Shown here: positions 38,715 to 52,730 of the stretch, one piece after another | How the letters are laid out: every line of letters begins with the position of its first letter | Numbering within the stretch: the first letter of the stretch is position 1 | Origin: Octopus bimaculoides | Lineage: Eukaryota | Length of the DNA stretch: 64,000 nucleotides | Assembly (NCBI RefSeq): GCF_001194135.2 | Contig: NC_068989.1 | Span: 73,224,328-73,288,327, forward strand | Direction: 5' to 3' | Notes under the pieces: model-generated | Told to the model about the DNA's origin: nothing | The model's database searches: none | What the model saw: only the letters and a program-made list of their open reading frames with translations | Made by a program: the position numbers and the translations under genes

Positions 38715-41700
38715 TATTTTCAAATTATCTTCAAATTATCAGTGATACTTAGTTGTTGCTTTTGTTTGTTGGAGTGTTTTGTGTTATTTTTAAACAAAAA
38801 TGTTGCTTCCATTTAAAAAAAAAAAATGGAAATCTGTCACAGAATTGTATAACACACAATCACAACAGCAACAACAACTGTCACTTTAAGACCGTTTTCC
38901 TTGCTAAAGCAAGGGTTAACTTTTTGTGGGTCTTATGACCTTCTCCAGGGTTAGCTTCATTGAGGTCCTTTGTCCTTCTCCATTTTGCCCTATCTTCTAC
39001 ATCCCCTCTCACTAAACTATCCACCCAGTGACACATCTAGAATGTGTGCCACCCAAGGCAACCCTTGAGTTTGCCAATACCACCCCTTGCCTCCCAGCAT
39101 GGGGTGGTATTCTCCCGGTGAGCTGGCAGAATTGTTAGCATGTCGGGCAAAATGCTTAATGATATTTTGTCTGCTACTACGTTCTGAGTTCAAATTCCGC
39201 CATGGTCAACTTTGCCTTTCATCCTTTTGGGGTCAATAAATTAAGTACCAGTGAAACACTGGGGTCAATGCAATCGACTAGACCCCCTCCCCCAAAATTT
39301 CAGGCCTTGTGCCGAAAGTAGAAAGGATTATTAAACTGGCAGAGCTGGTAGAACCATTAGCACGCCGGGCAAGATGCTTAGTGGCATTTTGTCCATCTTT
39401 ATGTTCTGGGTTCTAATTGTGCCAAGGTCAACTTTGCCTTTCAACCTTTCTGGGTTGATGAAATAAGTAGCAGTGAAGCATTGGGAATGATGTAATCTAC
39501 TACCCAACTTCCTTCAAATTTCAGGCCTTGTGCCTATAGAAAGGATTATTAAACTGGGGTCCCAGGAACAGAAATTTTGATGGAAGGTTTTAATTTAGAT
39601 TACTTTAAAACTGGATGTCTGTATCATAAAACAAAGAGAAATCTTGGTTAGGTTGGTATCAAAAGGGTTGCATTAAAAGTTTCAGAGCAATGGGACTGTG
39701 TATATAAACACAGCCAGAAACTTATTGTCTCTAGTATTCAAAATATTTGGAATATTTTTCAGAATATTTCAGTAAATGAGTTCTATTAATATGCCAGAAG
39801 GTTTCAACAAGTTCAGTAACTCTGTAGTTTCTTCAAATTCCAGATTATTCCCTCTTGTGGCTTGTGCGAATTTGATTGCTCTCATTAGGGAAATGAGTTG
39901 CCTTCAAGAATGGATTAAATTTTTTTTTAATGTAAAAACGCTCTTACTCATGCTGGTAAACTCATTAATTAATAGCTACATACTCAAGTGAATTGATTAT
40001 CTTAGGAGAGTGATGATTTCAGAAATTTTTGTTTTTAGTAAGAAGGGGCTGGAGATTTTGCTAACCATTTAGATTTTTTGGTATTTAAATAAACATATTT
40101 TATTTTTCTAGTGAATTTGTCAGTTGTTATTTTTCAGAGATTTATAATGTAATCATTTTTTTATTTTGTTTCACCAAGATATTCATGTGAATAATGTAAT
40201 TTCAGTACCAGCTCATGAAGTGCAAGTTCATATAGCTACAACCATTTTGTTTGTCTTTGGAAAGGGATATTTATTTTGTGTATAGACAGTTGCATACAGA
40301 AGTACCAATCACTTAAAGTGGATAAAACTTATGGAAGATGGAGACCCAGGAAGACATGAAATGAAGTATTGAAGGCTAATCGCAAGATATTGAGTCTTAT
40401 GAAGGCTAAAGACTGAAATATCTAGTGCATTGCTGTACTCAAGAAGACCCTTCCACCACAGCAGAAATGATACCAGTGCTGGTGCCACATAAAAAGCACT
40501 TGTTCTGGTGTCATGCTAAAAACACTGGTGATGGTGCCACATAAAAAGCCCCAGTACACTTTGTGGAGTGGTTGGTGTTAGAAAGGGCATCCAGCTTTAG
40601 AGACCATGCCAGAGCAAACAATGGAGCCTGGTGAAGCCCCTGACCTTACTAGCTCTGGTCAAACCATCCAACCCATGCCAACATAGAAAACGGATGTTAA
40701 ATGATGAAGTGTGTCAGTCCGTCTTAACTGTTGACAACAAATAGCAAATATCAACCAGTTCTAGAAATTTTAACTGAAATTAATTGATATATTCAATAAA
40801 GGGAGGAATTAGAAGAGAAATGTGTGATTTAAAAGGCTCTAGTAATTTTGGATGTCTAAAATCAATGTTTGCTTCCATCAGTAAACATGAAGGTGTCCTG
40901 TTTAAAAGATATGTTACCCTACAATTTAATGCCATACATACAGGAATATGCTGTCATGTGTCTGACCATCCTCTGCTAATGTTTATTGGCACTCCGTTGG
41001 TTACGATGACGAGGGTTCCAGTTGATCCGATCAACGGAACAGCCTGCTCGTGAAATTAACGTGCAAGTGGCTGAGCACTCCACAGACACGTGTACCCTTA
41101 ACGTAGTTCTCAGGGATATACAGTGTGACAAGGCTGGCCCTTTGAATTACAGGCACAACAGAAACAGGAAGTAAGAGTGAGAGAAAGTTGTGGTAAAAGA
41201 GTACAGTAGGGTTCGCCACCCTACCTGCTGAAGCCTCATGGAACTTTTAGGTGTTTTCAGTCAATAAACACTCACATCGCCCAGTCTGGGAATCGAAACC
41301 GCGAGTCCGCTGCTCTAACCACTGGGCCATTGCGCCCCCACTCCTCTGCTAATAAGCCAACAAGGAAATCTTTCTGGTTGGTAAAGCTCAGCCAACACTC
41401 CCTCGGATCACACCTGACCGTTTTATATAAAGACTTGTTGGTCCTCATTTCTCTGCAAAGGCTTATAGATGGAATGGTCATGTCTTGAATGTCTCTGATC
41501 ATATGTTTGCTTAATCAGGGTTTACTGACAGCAACATCTTCTAATGTTTCCAGTTCTTTTCATTAAATAGCTGCATTTGGACAATGTTTACAAATTGTGG
41601 AACGAGTATCACCGTATAATCGAGAAGCTTGTTTTGCAACCATGTAATTTTAGGTTCAGTCCCACTGCACAGCACTTTGGGCAAGTGTCTTCTACTACAG

Positions 41701-44700
41701 CCCCAGGTCTGATCAATTCCTTGTAAATGAATTTAGTAGACAGACATTATGTGAAAGCCCATTGTGTGTGTGTTTGTATATGTGTATATACACATAGGTG
41801 TGGCTATGTGATAAGAAGCTTGCTTCTCAACCACATGGTTCTGGGTTCAGCCTCACTGCGTGGCACTTTGGGCAAGTGTCTTCTATAGACTCGGACTGAC
41901 CAAAGTCTTGAGTGGATTTGGTAGATGGAAACTGAAAGAAGACTATCATATATATATATATATAGAGAGAGAGAGATGGAGAGAGGGGTTATTTGTGTTT
42001 ATGCTTCTCCCTACCAAATAACAACCAGTGTTGGTTTGTTTACATTTCTGTAGCTTAGCAGTTTGGTAAAAGAGAAAATGGGATAGACACTAGGGTCTTT
42101 TGGTTCAAGTTAACCCTTCAAGGCAGTGCTTCAGCAAGATGTTGGTTGGCCCAGAGTAGTAGTAGAACACGCTTGCTGAAGGTGCTATGCAATAGGACTG
42201 AGCCCAGAAACATCCAGTCAAATGACTGAAACAAGTAAAAGAGTAACCACAATGCTCAACTGCCAGAAATAATTATGTCACTGAGGTTACAGATGTCATG
42301 TTGACCTTTAAGATATGTTGATTTTCCCCTTTTGTTCACTTTCATTCCACTTTTTCCTTTTCCCATTGTCTTGATATTTCCATGTCTTTAATTTTAAACT
42401 TCTTAATTGCGACAGCAAAAATGCACCAGCAAAAGAGATGAATGCTGGTCTCACTCTGTTACAATTTAAATGTTGAGTTCATTTATTAGAAGAAGAAAAT
42501 ATCAACAGTTAAATGCAAAAGCATGTGCTTTCACAACTGATACTATTTTAGGTTAAAAATATTGATTTTCATTGGACATGCTTTTACCGAAAATCAAACT
42601 ACCGTAGCCTTAATGTGTTACAAGGAGCTTCACAAAAAATATAAATTTCACAAATTTATTATAATCTAGTTTCATGCAATATTGGATGAATATTTTATGA
42701 AGTTGCTTACCTTGTCACAAACAAGAGACAATGATCTGACGTTGTGAATTCTCTTATGGAACTGAAGGAGAATATCTTGATTGATGTTTGTCAGGTCACC
42801 TAGAGTAAAGAGTGAAAACCCCCTTCGGTCATGAATGACCATGGGATTGCACCTAGAAAGTTCCCTTCCAAGGCACAAGTCTGGGCAAAGTTGTTTGTGG
42901 AAGACCAGTAGTCGTCCATGCATACCAGCTTCCTCTTTCCACACCACTGATGTTATCCAAGGGAAAGGCAAAGGCCAATACAACTTGACGCCAGTGACAT
43001 CGCATCTCGTTTCTACAGCTGAGTGAACTTGAGCAGTGTGAAATAAAGTGTCTTGCTCAAGAACACAACACACAGTTCGGTCCAGGAACCGAATTCGGTA
43101 CCTCATGATTGTGAGCCCAACACTCTAACCAGTAAGCCATGCACCTCCACTTCAGGCCACCTAGACAAGGATGTATATTGTAAGACCCAAAATACCTAAT
43201 GTTTTCATGATACATCTCTGATGTTGTGTTCAGTTATGTTATATTTGTAAGTACATAAACAAATTTATAGAAATTGAAGATGATATCAAAGAAAGGATTT
43301 TGATAATAATTGACTGAAAACTCCAAATTTGAAGAGAAGGAATATAATTAACTAAAGTGACCTTGGTTTATGACCAGAACTTATTGTCTGGAATCAAGAT
43401 TGGAGAAAGACAGTGCCTGGGCAAGACTTGATCCCAGATTGGAGAAGGTTTTAGCTAAATAGTACAAATATATTTAACCCTGTACCCTACCATTCCTGTT
43501 ATTCTTTCCACTATTACTTCATCACAGCAAAGGATCTCTAATTTTGCTAAAAATTATTATAATTTTTGATGGAGAGATTATGTTAATTTAACCTTTTTGA
43601 TGTCAAGCCATCCAAGAATGATCTTTGGTTCTATAAGACATACCCCCTATTTCAAAGTGATCCAAATGAAAACCTTTTATCAAAAAATTCATGTTAACTT
43701 ATGTTCCGAACACCAGTTTAATAATGGTTTCACATTTAGGGGTGGGGATAAGTCAATTACATCCACTCAACTGATTCTTATTTTATTGATCCTGAAAGGA
43801 TGAAAGATAAAGTCGATGCCAGCGGAATTTGAACTCAGAATGTGAAGACAAATGAGATGTCACTAAGCATTTTGCCAGGTGTGCTAATGATTCTGCCAAC
43901 ACACTACCTCACTCCAGTTTAAAAATCCATTCTATTGTAGGCACAAAGCCAGAAATTTGGGGCGAGGGGGACCGGTACTTATTTTATCAACCCTGAAAGG
44001 ATGACAGGCAAAGTCAGAACGTGAAAATGGACAAAATGTTTTTAATCATCTTGCTTGGCGTGCTAATGATTCTACCAACACACTACCTCATTCCAGTTTT
44101 AAAATCCTTTCTATTAAAGGCACAAAGCCAGAAATTTGTGGGGAGGAGGTTACTCGATTACAATAACCCCAGAGCTTAACCGGTACTTATTTTATCAACC
44201 CCTAAAGGATGTCAGGCAAAGTCAACCATGGTGAAATTTGAACTCAGAATGTAAAAATGGATGAAATGTTGCTAAGCGTTCTGCCAGCTCGTTACCTTAC
44301 ACCAGTTTGATAACGACAGTTATTTTCAAAAATTCATTTAAACAATGGCAGTATATTCAACAGAAATTTGCAAACAAAAGGATTAACAAGCATAAGTAAG
44401 TCAATAATACAAATATATTACAGCCTCAGAGAAAACAAAGGGCAAAATCAACTCTAATTACTGTTCAGTCAGACATTCTACTATATTTCAATCTACAATC
44501 CACACTTGGCATGCTAAAAATACCAGCTGAATTCCCTTTCAATGGTATACAAGAAAGGCTCCGAATAACATAGTCTCAAACATACTGGATATAAATGATG
44601 CTCTAAGATTATTGAAGATGAAGATTCAGTTGTTCAATCTATTGGATAATCTACTTACTTGTATTAACATATAAGTGACTGAACATTCAGCAGGCATGTA

Positions 44701-46899
44701 CACCCTTAACAGAAATACATGTCTATGGGTACTCAGGTGAGAACCCATACACAAGGTGTAAAGAGGGTGTACCTTTGAATTACAAATACAATCTGTTTGA
44801 CAGGCTTCAGCATAATTTCCATCTACCAAATTTCACACATAAGGAATGGGTTGACCAATGGTTTTAGAAAATGACATTTGCCCAAGATGTTGTGTATTCA
44901 CTAGAATTGAACCCAAGACCTAATGGTTGTGAAACAAACTTAACATTTCAGCCAGATTGTGCTTTATGCCAGACACAAAAATAAATAAACATGCAAATAT
45001 CAATAAAATAAACAAAGCAAACAAGATGGTCACAGCAAGCCATGCTTTTGATCTTAGGTCTGTTCAACAACAAAAACACACACACACAAATACATACACG
45101 TATTCAGTAATTTTCCAAATTTTGAAGTTCAAAACACAGATTTTATTTGATTTTATTTTTATCCTTTTGTTTAACTTTTCATGCAAAGTACACCAGTAAT
45201 TTTTTTTAATGATTCACAATGTGCCACAAAATCAAAAAGATAGAAAAAAAAAATCTATGGAACAAAACTATTAAAAAAAAAACAACAAAAACCTCCCCCA
45301 GAACAAAGAATGTGATTTTTAGGCTACTGTTTGTTGTTCAAATGCCAGAACTAATTGTCACATAGGTAGACAACAATCTGAACAATAATTTTCAGTTCAA
45401 TTTACTTGATTGTTTGTTTAAAGTTATGGATGTCAGTTTGACCTTTAACAATATTTTGCTTCTTTAGTTTTTCCAGTGCCTTGTGAGTGAAATTCGATTG
45501 ATGCAAAGTGGAAGAAATCTCATGAATGTATGCAAGCATGCATGCATGTATGTATGTATGTATGTATGTATGTATGTATGTTATTTATTTATTCATTTAT
45601 GTATGTATGTTTGTATGTGTGTAGGTCATTATTCAGTTTATTTCAAGATTTCTTGCCAATAGAGTAAGAACCGGTTTCTAACCTAGATCCAAGGTTCCTT
45701 CATTAGAATTTCAACATCAACAACAAGGTATTTTTGTATATAACTTTGTATACGTGCAGATTTGTATGCTTTGTTTTATGTATGTATTCTCATGCATATA
45801 CTTACATATCTGGACATGCTCATATATATTTGTAGTATAGACTCTATATATAAGTGCATTCGAACGTAGCAGGGACCAACTGGTCTTTGGCCGCTGTTTG
45901 TATCCCGTTGTGTCCACTACTACGATTGGTTAGTATTAGCACAATTTGTCTCCTACTCTGTTGTGCCAACTGACCACAGATAGCCAGTCAGAGACTTTAA
46001 ATAGCATAACATGAACAACCTTTTTCAAACCCTATTTTGAGCCTACTACTTTCTATAAAAACCCAGCTTTTTCCTCATTATACGTCTTTGGTTTCAGACC
46101 TTTTAAAGTCTAGCCACTGACCACACAAGACTCAGCCAATTTCAGCGCCAACACCACAACAACCATGTTGAGACTTACCAACTTCATACAACAGCGTTAC
46201 GGCAACCTCCATCTTCGTCGCCACCATCATCTTCTTAATAAATTTTTATTGAATTTGCATTGAGAAGATCAAATTATACTATAAGACATTTTATTAAATC
46301 AGAAAAAACAAACAGAAAAAAAAATCAAAAATATGGTGGTCGGGGCTAAGATGAACTACGTCAGTGAACTTGCAGTTTAACACCTAGAAAGATAGGGTTG
46401 TTACTTGGGTGTTGTTGTCTGCTGTGACAGCTGGTTGAGTTGATGACTGGAAACGTGTTTTATGGGCTGCATGTGAAAGTAATTGAACAACCCACATGAA
46501 CGTTTAGCAGAAGATTTTATGATTGCTCATAAAGACAACTGTGATGGACTTTTATTGATAAAACCAGTATTAATTACATTCTGAGAGAGAGATACTTCTT
46601 GGGGTTTACGACAAGCTATTGATACAGTAACTTATGCCTTGCCAGACATGAATGAAAACAATTATGCTATATTCATGACGACTGATTCCCTGTCATCTAT
46701 CTGCGCCATCTGGTGTGGTAAGAATCGTTCAGCTGCTCCAACATTATGCAAAAGGCAGTCTTTTATTGGACACAAAAAAGAATACTGAATCACACCATGG
46801 ATTGACACTGATAATGTGAAACTGTTGTCTGACCACGTATCTGAGGATTCGGTTTCGAATCTCTGCTACAGGGTCCATGCTAACGGATAGTGTCATGGG

Positions 46900-48010
46900 A
46901 CACTAGAGCAAGGAACCAGTTAAAATGCTTGGGGTCTTGTTCAGTCCCAACTTCCAAGAGTACTGGAACTTAAATGAAGAAACAAAAAGAGCGACCAGTC
47001 TAACTCAGAAATAGATTAATATAAAGCTGTCACTGAAAGTTCGGGCAGAGGTTGCAAGTAACCACCATATCTTGCCCCAATTATCACCTAGAGTAGAATA
47101 TCTGCTATTCAACTTTTGGTCGAAAGGATGTGCTCCACTGGTCAGGCAGTCCATCTGCTGCCAGCATCCTCTGCATGTCAGGTTAGGTATGGCTTAGTTA
47201 CTAATGCGCAGACCACCGCTGAAACTCTGCTATCAGCAGAGATTCCTAGATGTGGGCACCGTTCATGAAACATGTTTATCTGCAGTGTGTTTCTTTGTCG
47301 GAGCAGCAATCCTGGTGTTCTAATAAAGCGGAGACCGAAACTGGGCACATGGCGTTCTCTGCACTCTACCGAGCAGGTAACAGGATTAGTGGTTGTTTCA
47401 TCCTATCAATCTATTGAGGATTAGTAGCGGAGAAGAGTGATGATGATCTCGGAAAGGTTTGAGAATTGAAAAAGTTGAACTGGCTAAATGGCTCAGAAGA
47501 GCTTTCAGATCAGGAACTACTATGGATAACTTTCAGAAGTCTTTGGCCTGGCAGTACTACCAAGAAGCTCTAACGGATGGAGATAAACTCTGCAGGCAAG
47601 GAAATGCTGTCAAATAAGTTTGTCCGAGATGTGCATAGGGCAACGTTACTGTCCTGCACAAACTTGTTCAGTGCTATAGCATTGTTGACTTGTGGAGTTA
47701 CGTCAATTAGCTGCAACCATGCGTGGGATGGATCTAGTTATCACTCCATCGCGGTGACTGCACCACCATGTTTCTTTAACCTGACAGGAAAATCAGTTTT
47801 TCTCTGTTTAATGGCAATGGTGAAAGGAGTTTCATGGTTGACAATACTGAAAGACCTGAGATTAGTGACTTACCTCTTTGGAGAAACTTTCGTTGACTTT
47901 TTCAAGTTTCACTTGAGGGCAGAGAGAGAGGTGCTATTCTCGAGTGAATGTATTGAAAAGTAGTTGAGGGTGACAAAAATGGCAAGAGTGGACAGGTCTG
48001 TCAGTTGAAG
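46900..48010 (+). mobile_element. Decayed Tx1/L1-like LINE, post-RT C-terminal region
   Basis: Fragments MLGVLFSPNFQEYWN, AWQYYQEALTDGDKLCRQG and FFKFHLRAEREVL resemble Tx1-like ORF2 C-termini; many stops. Confidence 0.55.
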
Positions 48011-48570
48011 AACGACAGCTGGAGAGGACACTTACCCATATTATGCAGGTTGATCTTGGATCTGGCGAGTTCCTCAACTGGCTGTTCATGGAGATCCTCA
48101 TATACCAGGAGTTCAATACTGTTTCATTATATATATCACATGTGGCAGCGAGCTGAGAGAATTTTGTGTTTGAGTTACTTCCCCTCAATCTGTAAATAGA
48201 TAAATAAGTAAAACAGGAGCCAAAACCAATTGTGATCTACGTTCGTTTGAAACACAGAACTGTGCTCCCTCCTTTTCAATTCTTTTTCTTTCTAAAACCA
48301 TGCAATTCTCAGGATAAAATTTCCTTTTCTGTTTCATATATCTCAGGATTTCTGAATATTTAAGAAACCATGGAAACTTGAGTATCAGTTTTTAGCAAGT
48401 ATGTTTATGTACCAAGGGTAGATTTACTAACACAGCTCTACGTTTATTTTACCAGTCCACCCATGTGTATACGTGTGTGTGTGTGTGTATACATACATAC
48501 CTGCCTATTGCTTATACACCTGTCTTAATCTTTTGTTATTTTCTGTAAATTTCAACCACACACACACACA

Positions 48571-48861
48571 CACGAAGTGGTACTGAAAAGTTCTTGGCTT
48601 TAAGGGTGTCCCAAGAGGCCTGGTTGGTGGCCTAACCTTCCGAGTTCTTTCACAGGGCTTGAAAAACTGAAGGCCCCGTTGCCATAAGTGTATGAATCTG
48701 AGAGGGGAATGAGTTNNNNNNNNNNAGGGCTTGAAAAACTGAAGGCCCCGTTGCCATAAGTGTATGAATCTGAGAGGGGAATGAGTTGAATAAAATTATA
48801 ATTAATTGATCCTCCCGTATTTTTTTATCCAAAGCCAGGAATTTTTCAGCATCCCTTCGTA
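48571..48861 (+). mobile_element. Mariner-derived MITE
   Basis: TIRs (c)acgaagtggtactgaaaagttcttggcttt and aaagccaggaatttttcagcatcccttcgta; internal GLEKLKARCHKCMNLRGE, like the mariner transposase C-terminus; internal duplication across an N gap. Confidence 0.8.
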
Positions 48862-48866
48862 TGTGC

Positions 48867-48902
<36 letters not shown>

Positions 48903-49321
48903 GTATAATGTATGTATATCTGCAAGTATATTTCTCACATCTCCCCTCTCTCTCACTAATTGTATGTATGTTATGTATGTATGTATGCATGCATGTAAAG
49001 GCCCCTGACCTAGTTGTTAGGATGTTACACAAGCGATTGCAACATGATAGCTTCGATTCCCGGACCGGTTGATACGTTGTATTCTTGAACAAAGTAATTC
49101 GGCTCTCGTTGCTCTGTGATCACTTCGACATCTGACGTGTGGCCCATCGTGCACCTGTATAGGCAATATCAATTTGATGGGGGTCGGGGAGTATACTAAT
49201 GTACATGACAAACATTTGATCACTATAAACAAATTATCCCTGCTGGATTTTCAGCAAGTCTTTGCAGGACCCTCATCTATTGTCTACGACAGGAGAGTCC
49301 GGTATGTAGGAATGTGTAAGC

Positions 49322-49353
<32 letters not shown>

Positions 49354-49867
49354 GTCCGTCCGTCTATCTATCTATCTATCTATCTATCTCTACACACACA
49401 TATATGCGTACATATGTATAATGTGAAGGTGCGTGGCTTAATGGTTGGGGCATTTGGATTACGATCATAAGGTCGTGAGTTCAATTTCCGATGATGTGTC
49501 GTGTTCTTGAGCAAAGCACTTTATTTCACGTTGCTCCTGTCCACTCAGCTGGCAAAAAGGAGTAGTGCCTGTATTTAAAAGGGTCAGCCTTGTCGCATTC
49601 TGTTTCACACTGAATCTCCCTGAGAAGTATGTGAAGGGGTACGTGTGTCCGTGGAGTGCTCAGCCATTTGTTAATCTCACGAGCAAGTTGTTCCGTTGAT
49701 TGGATCAACTGGAACCCTCGTCATCGTTACCGATGGAGTGCCGGTTTATATATATGTAAGAACGACCGTGCGAACCCAAAAGGAGAAATGGTGACGAATG
49801 GAAAAATAGGCTCCTTTATTAAACGCGTCACACGGTCGAACACAAAATATATCAAATGATATATATA

Positions 49868-50804
49868 TGTTATACTTCAATAACATAGAGAACTTAGAAA
49901 TGCCAGTAAGGAAGACGATAGGAACACAACCGTTAGAGATGAATAACAGTAAGATTTATTGTAGCATTAAATTGTATGTCTGTGTGTGTGTGAATGAGAC
50001 ATAATAAAACACATTAAAGACAGGCCGTCATGTAAACAAAAGAGTGTGTGCAAGTAATACATGTATGTGTATGTGAGAGATACATAGTATAGAATAGAGT
50101 CAGTAACACGTATAAGAATTTAAGATACCAGTTCTTTGTTAGAGTACACAGTGGTAAGTGTCTGTATATAAGAAGTTAAGGCGTGTGGGGCAGAGCGATC
50201 AATAGTTGTGATGTTCGGGCTTCTATGCCAAGCCGGGTTCTTGATTACAGATGTTCTTCGCAGGCTGGGTTCTTGGCTGCTATTTCGTGGCGAAGTGAAT
50301 CACACAAACAGGATCGAAGAGAGATTCTGCGGTTAGCTGTTGGTAGCTTGTGTACGTGTAGAGCCATGTTGACGGTGTTGGGAACGACGCTGGTAGTACG
50401 TAGAGTCGTGTTGCTGCTGGCGACGTCGGGGGCGATGCTTGTAGTTCGTAGTTGTACGATGGTGTCGATGTCGTCGCTGGAACTGGCTGGTTGGTGTTAC
50501 GCGTGTGTGGCCGGCGGCCAGATCTCAAAGGAGATCTGAGGCGCGACGAATTTGCTGGGTATCATTTAGTCTATTTATAGCTGAAGGTAGGCTCCAGAGA
50601 AGCATTAGAAAAACACTATCACGTGACCTTATTAATAGCTGTGGTTGGTCACTTTGCGTCCTGGCGGGAACGGTACGAGGCAAATGGAGATAATTTACCC
50701 GCGCAAAGAATAGTCAGTCACGTGATGGATACAGCAGGCTGCTCTCTGCTACGCCCGCGCTTGTTTATATTTATAACAGCGGGGAAAGAGTGGTGTTCAC
50801 TACA
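49868..50804 (-). mobile_element. Solo LTR (probably Gypsy/Ty3-like), 937 bp
   Basis: Minus strand starts TGTAGTG and ends TATAACA; TATA box (50572-50579); AATAAA about 90 bp from the 3' end (49955-49960); 4-bp TATA target duplication inside a TA tract; CpG-rich. Confidence 0.75.
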
Positions 50805-51972
50805 TATATATATTTGAAAGGTACAGTGTTCGATTCTATTGTGACTGCTGGCCACTTTTTTCCCGTCTATAGGGGTGTTTTTATCCAGTTTTCTGATCTT
50901 GTTTTCACAGCTATTCTCCTGCGTTTAAGATTTCCGTCATTTCTGATGTACACACACGCACAAACACACTCACGCACATATATTTGTGCGTGTGTGTATG
51001 TATACATGTATCTCTATTTATCGATCGATCGTTCTATGTGTGTGTGTGTATATAATATGTCGGCACTAACTTAACTATCGTCTTTCATGCAGTTTGTGTC
51101 TCTGTACAACTCATTTTTTTAACTAAACAATTCTGTCTCCCCACCAAATAACACATCACCACTTTGATAGAAACGCTGAAGTTCAGGTCGCAAAAGACAT
51201 CCACAATCCATAATGGTATTATTTTTATCTTATATGGAACTTAACATATTACAGAAGAATCACCCCCGATACATTACTTCTTCCTGCCCACCTCTCACTT
51301 CATCTCTGTGACTGCTCTTATGTAGTTAATCTGTCAGAAAATCATTTTTAATCTTTTGGTATTTGCACCTAAAATGTAATGCATCTTCAAATATTGCGAC
51401 GTGCTTTTAGAAAAGGAAACCAGGAAACAATTTATAATATCTTCGTTTTGTTTTAACTAACACGAACAAGGCAACGCTGGTGTGCCGCCTTCATATAATT
51501 CCTCTTGTAATTCGCTGTTTGGGTATTGTTGTCACCATTTTGGGGAAATTTAGTTTTAAACTAGTTTTGTATATATTTTCATCATTCCCTTTTTATATGA
51601 ACTTTCTTTAATGAATCTATTTTTAAATCTCTAATCTCCGTTAAGCCAATGGTTTTAAGTTTTTTCCTTTTCCTCATCATCGTCGTCGTCGTCGTCATCA
51701 TCATCCTCATCATCATTATCATCATCATCATCATCATCATCATCATTATCATTACTCAAGGCGGCGAGCTGGCAGAATCGTTAGTACGCCAGACAAAATG
51801 TTTCGCAGTATTTCGTCCGGCTTTACGTTCTGAGTTCAAATTCCCCCGAGGTAGACTTTGCCTTTCATCCTTTCGGGAGTCTATGAAAAATTCAAGCTTT
51901 GGGCCTATAGGAGAAAGGTGTCGACAGTTCACAGTATAACTTTCTCATCATGCTTACATACATACAGCACGC

Positions 51973-52228
51973 NNNNNNNNNNNNNNNNNNNNNNNNNNNN
52001 NNNNNNNNNNNNNNNNNNNNNNNNNNNNNNNNNNNNNNNNNNNNNNNNNNNNNNNNNNNNNNNNNNNNNNNNNNNNNNNNNNNNNNNNNNNNNNNNNNNN
52101 NNNNNNNNNNNNNNNNNNNNNNNNNNNNNNNNNNNNNNNNNNNNNNNNNNNNNNNNNNNNNNNNNNNNNNNNNNNNNNNNNNNNNNNNNNNNNNNNNNNN
52201 NNNNNNNNNNNNNNNNNNNNNNNNNNNN
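51973..52228. other. Assembly gap (others at 5648-5764, about 7444-7472, 48716-48725, about 54505-54524, 58517-58526)
   Basis: N runs. Confidence 0.99.
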
Positions 52229-52364
52229 TATATATATATATATATATATACATACATACATAGTCAATTCAAATAAACGAATAGAAAAAAAAACGATTAA
52301 AAACGGACAATATGAAGACGTGCGTAAGAAATGTATTAGCTTGACGCCCGGTGAAAAGAGCGAG

Positions 52365-52397
52365 TTTGACGTTTCGAGCATAGCTCTTTGTCGGAAA
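52365..52397 (-). ncRNA. Degenerate minimal hammerhead-like motif downstream of the PLE ORF fragment
   Basis: Minus strand ttt-ccgacaa-a-gagc(tat)gctc-GAAAC-GTC-aaa; two transitions away from CTGACGA. Confidence 0.45.
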
Positions 52398-52469
52398 GGA
52401 GAAAGGGAAAAGTCCAAAGAAGGAAAAGAAATAACCAACGGCACACGTGATAGCTGGATTGTTGACATT

Positions 52470-52730
52470 GCATAGAGGACAAAAGTTTAGCATGTTGATG
52501 GGGTAAGCAGCGAAGTTTTTGATGTAGTGTATCTCGCCTAGTAAATATCTTATGGTATCTATGGTCTATGGGGAAGTGCTTATTTACATGGTCTCGGAAA
52601 ATCTTGGAACCATGGGAACGAATGTTTGAAGTATGAGAACACTTATACCATATAGTATTTCGTTTCTTGTTTTTTGCTTCTTCTTTTTTAATGAAAGCTG
52701 TTTTGTATATGTTGTAGTCTGTCATTGAAG
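52470..52730 (-). mobile_element. Penelope-like element fragment (RT thumb/linker)
   Basis: KKRNTIWYKCSHTSNIRSHGSKIFRDHVNKHFPIDHRYHKIFTR resembles the PLE motif RKRNIIWFNPPY...KHFP..H..HKIFNR. Confidence 0.8.

Noticed and set aside
46600-46750. TDSLSSICAI, an RNase H-like motif
   Set aside because: A single short motif with no supporting neighbours in frame.
48654-48787. 62-bp exact direct repeat inside the mariner MITE
   Set aside because: The two copies flank a 10-N gap, which is a typical unmerged contig overlap rather than biology.
50183-50693. Overlapping 62-118 aa ORFs
   Set aside because: They lie wholly within the GC-rich solo LTR, are low-complexity and show no domain or splice support.
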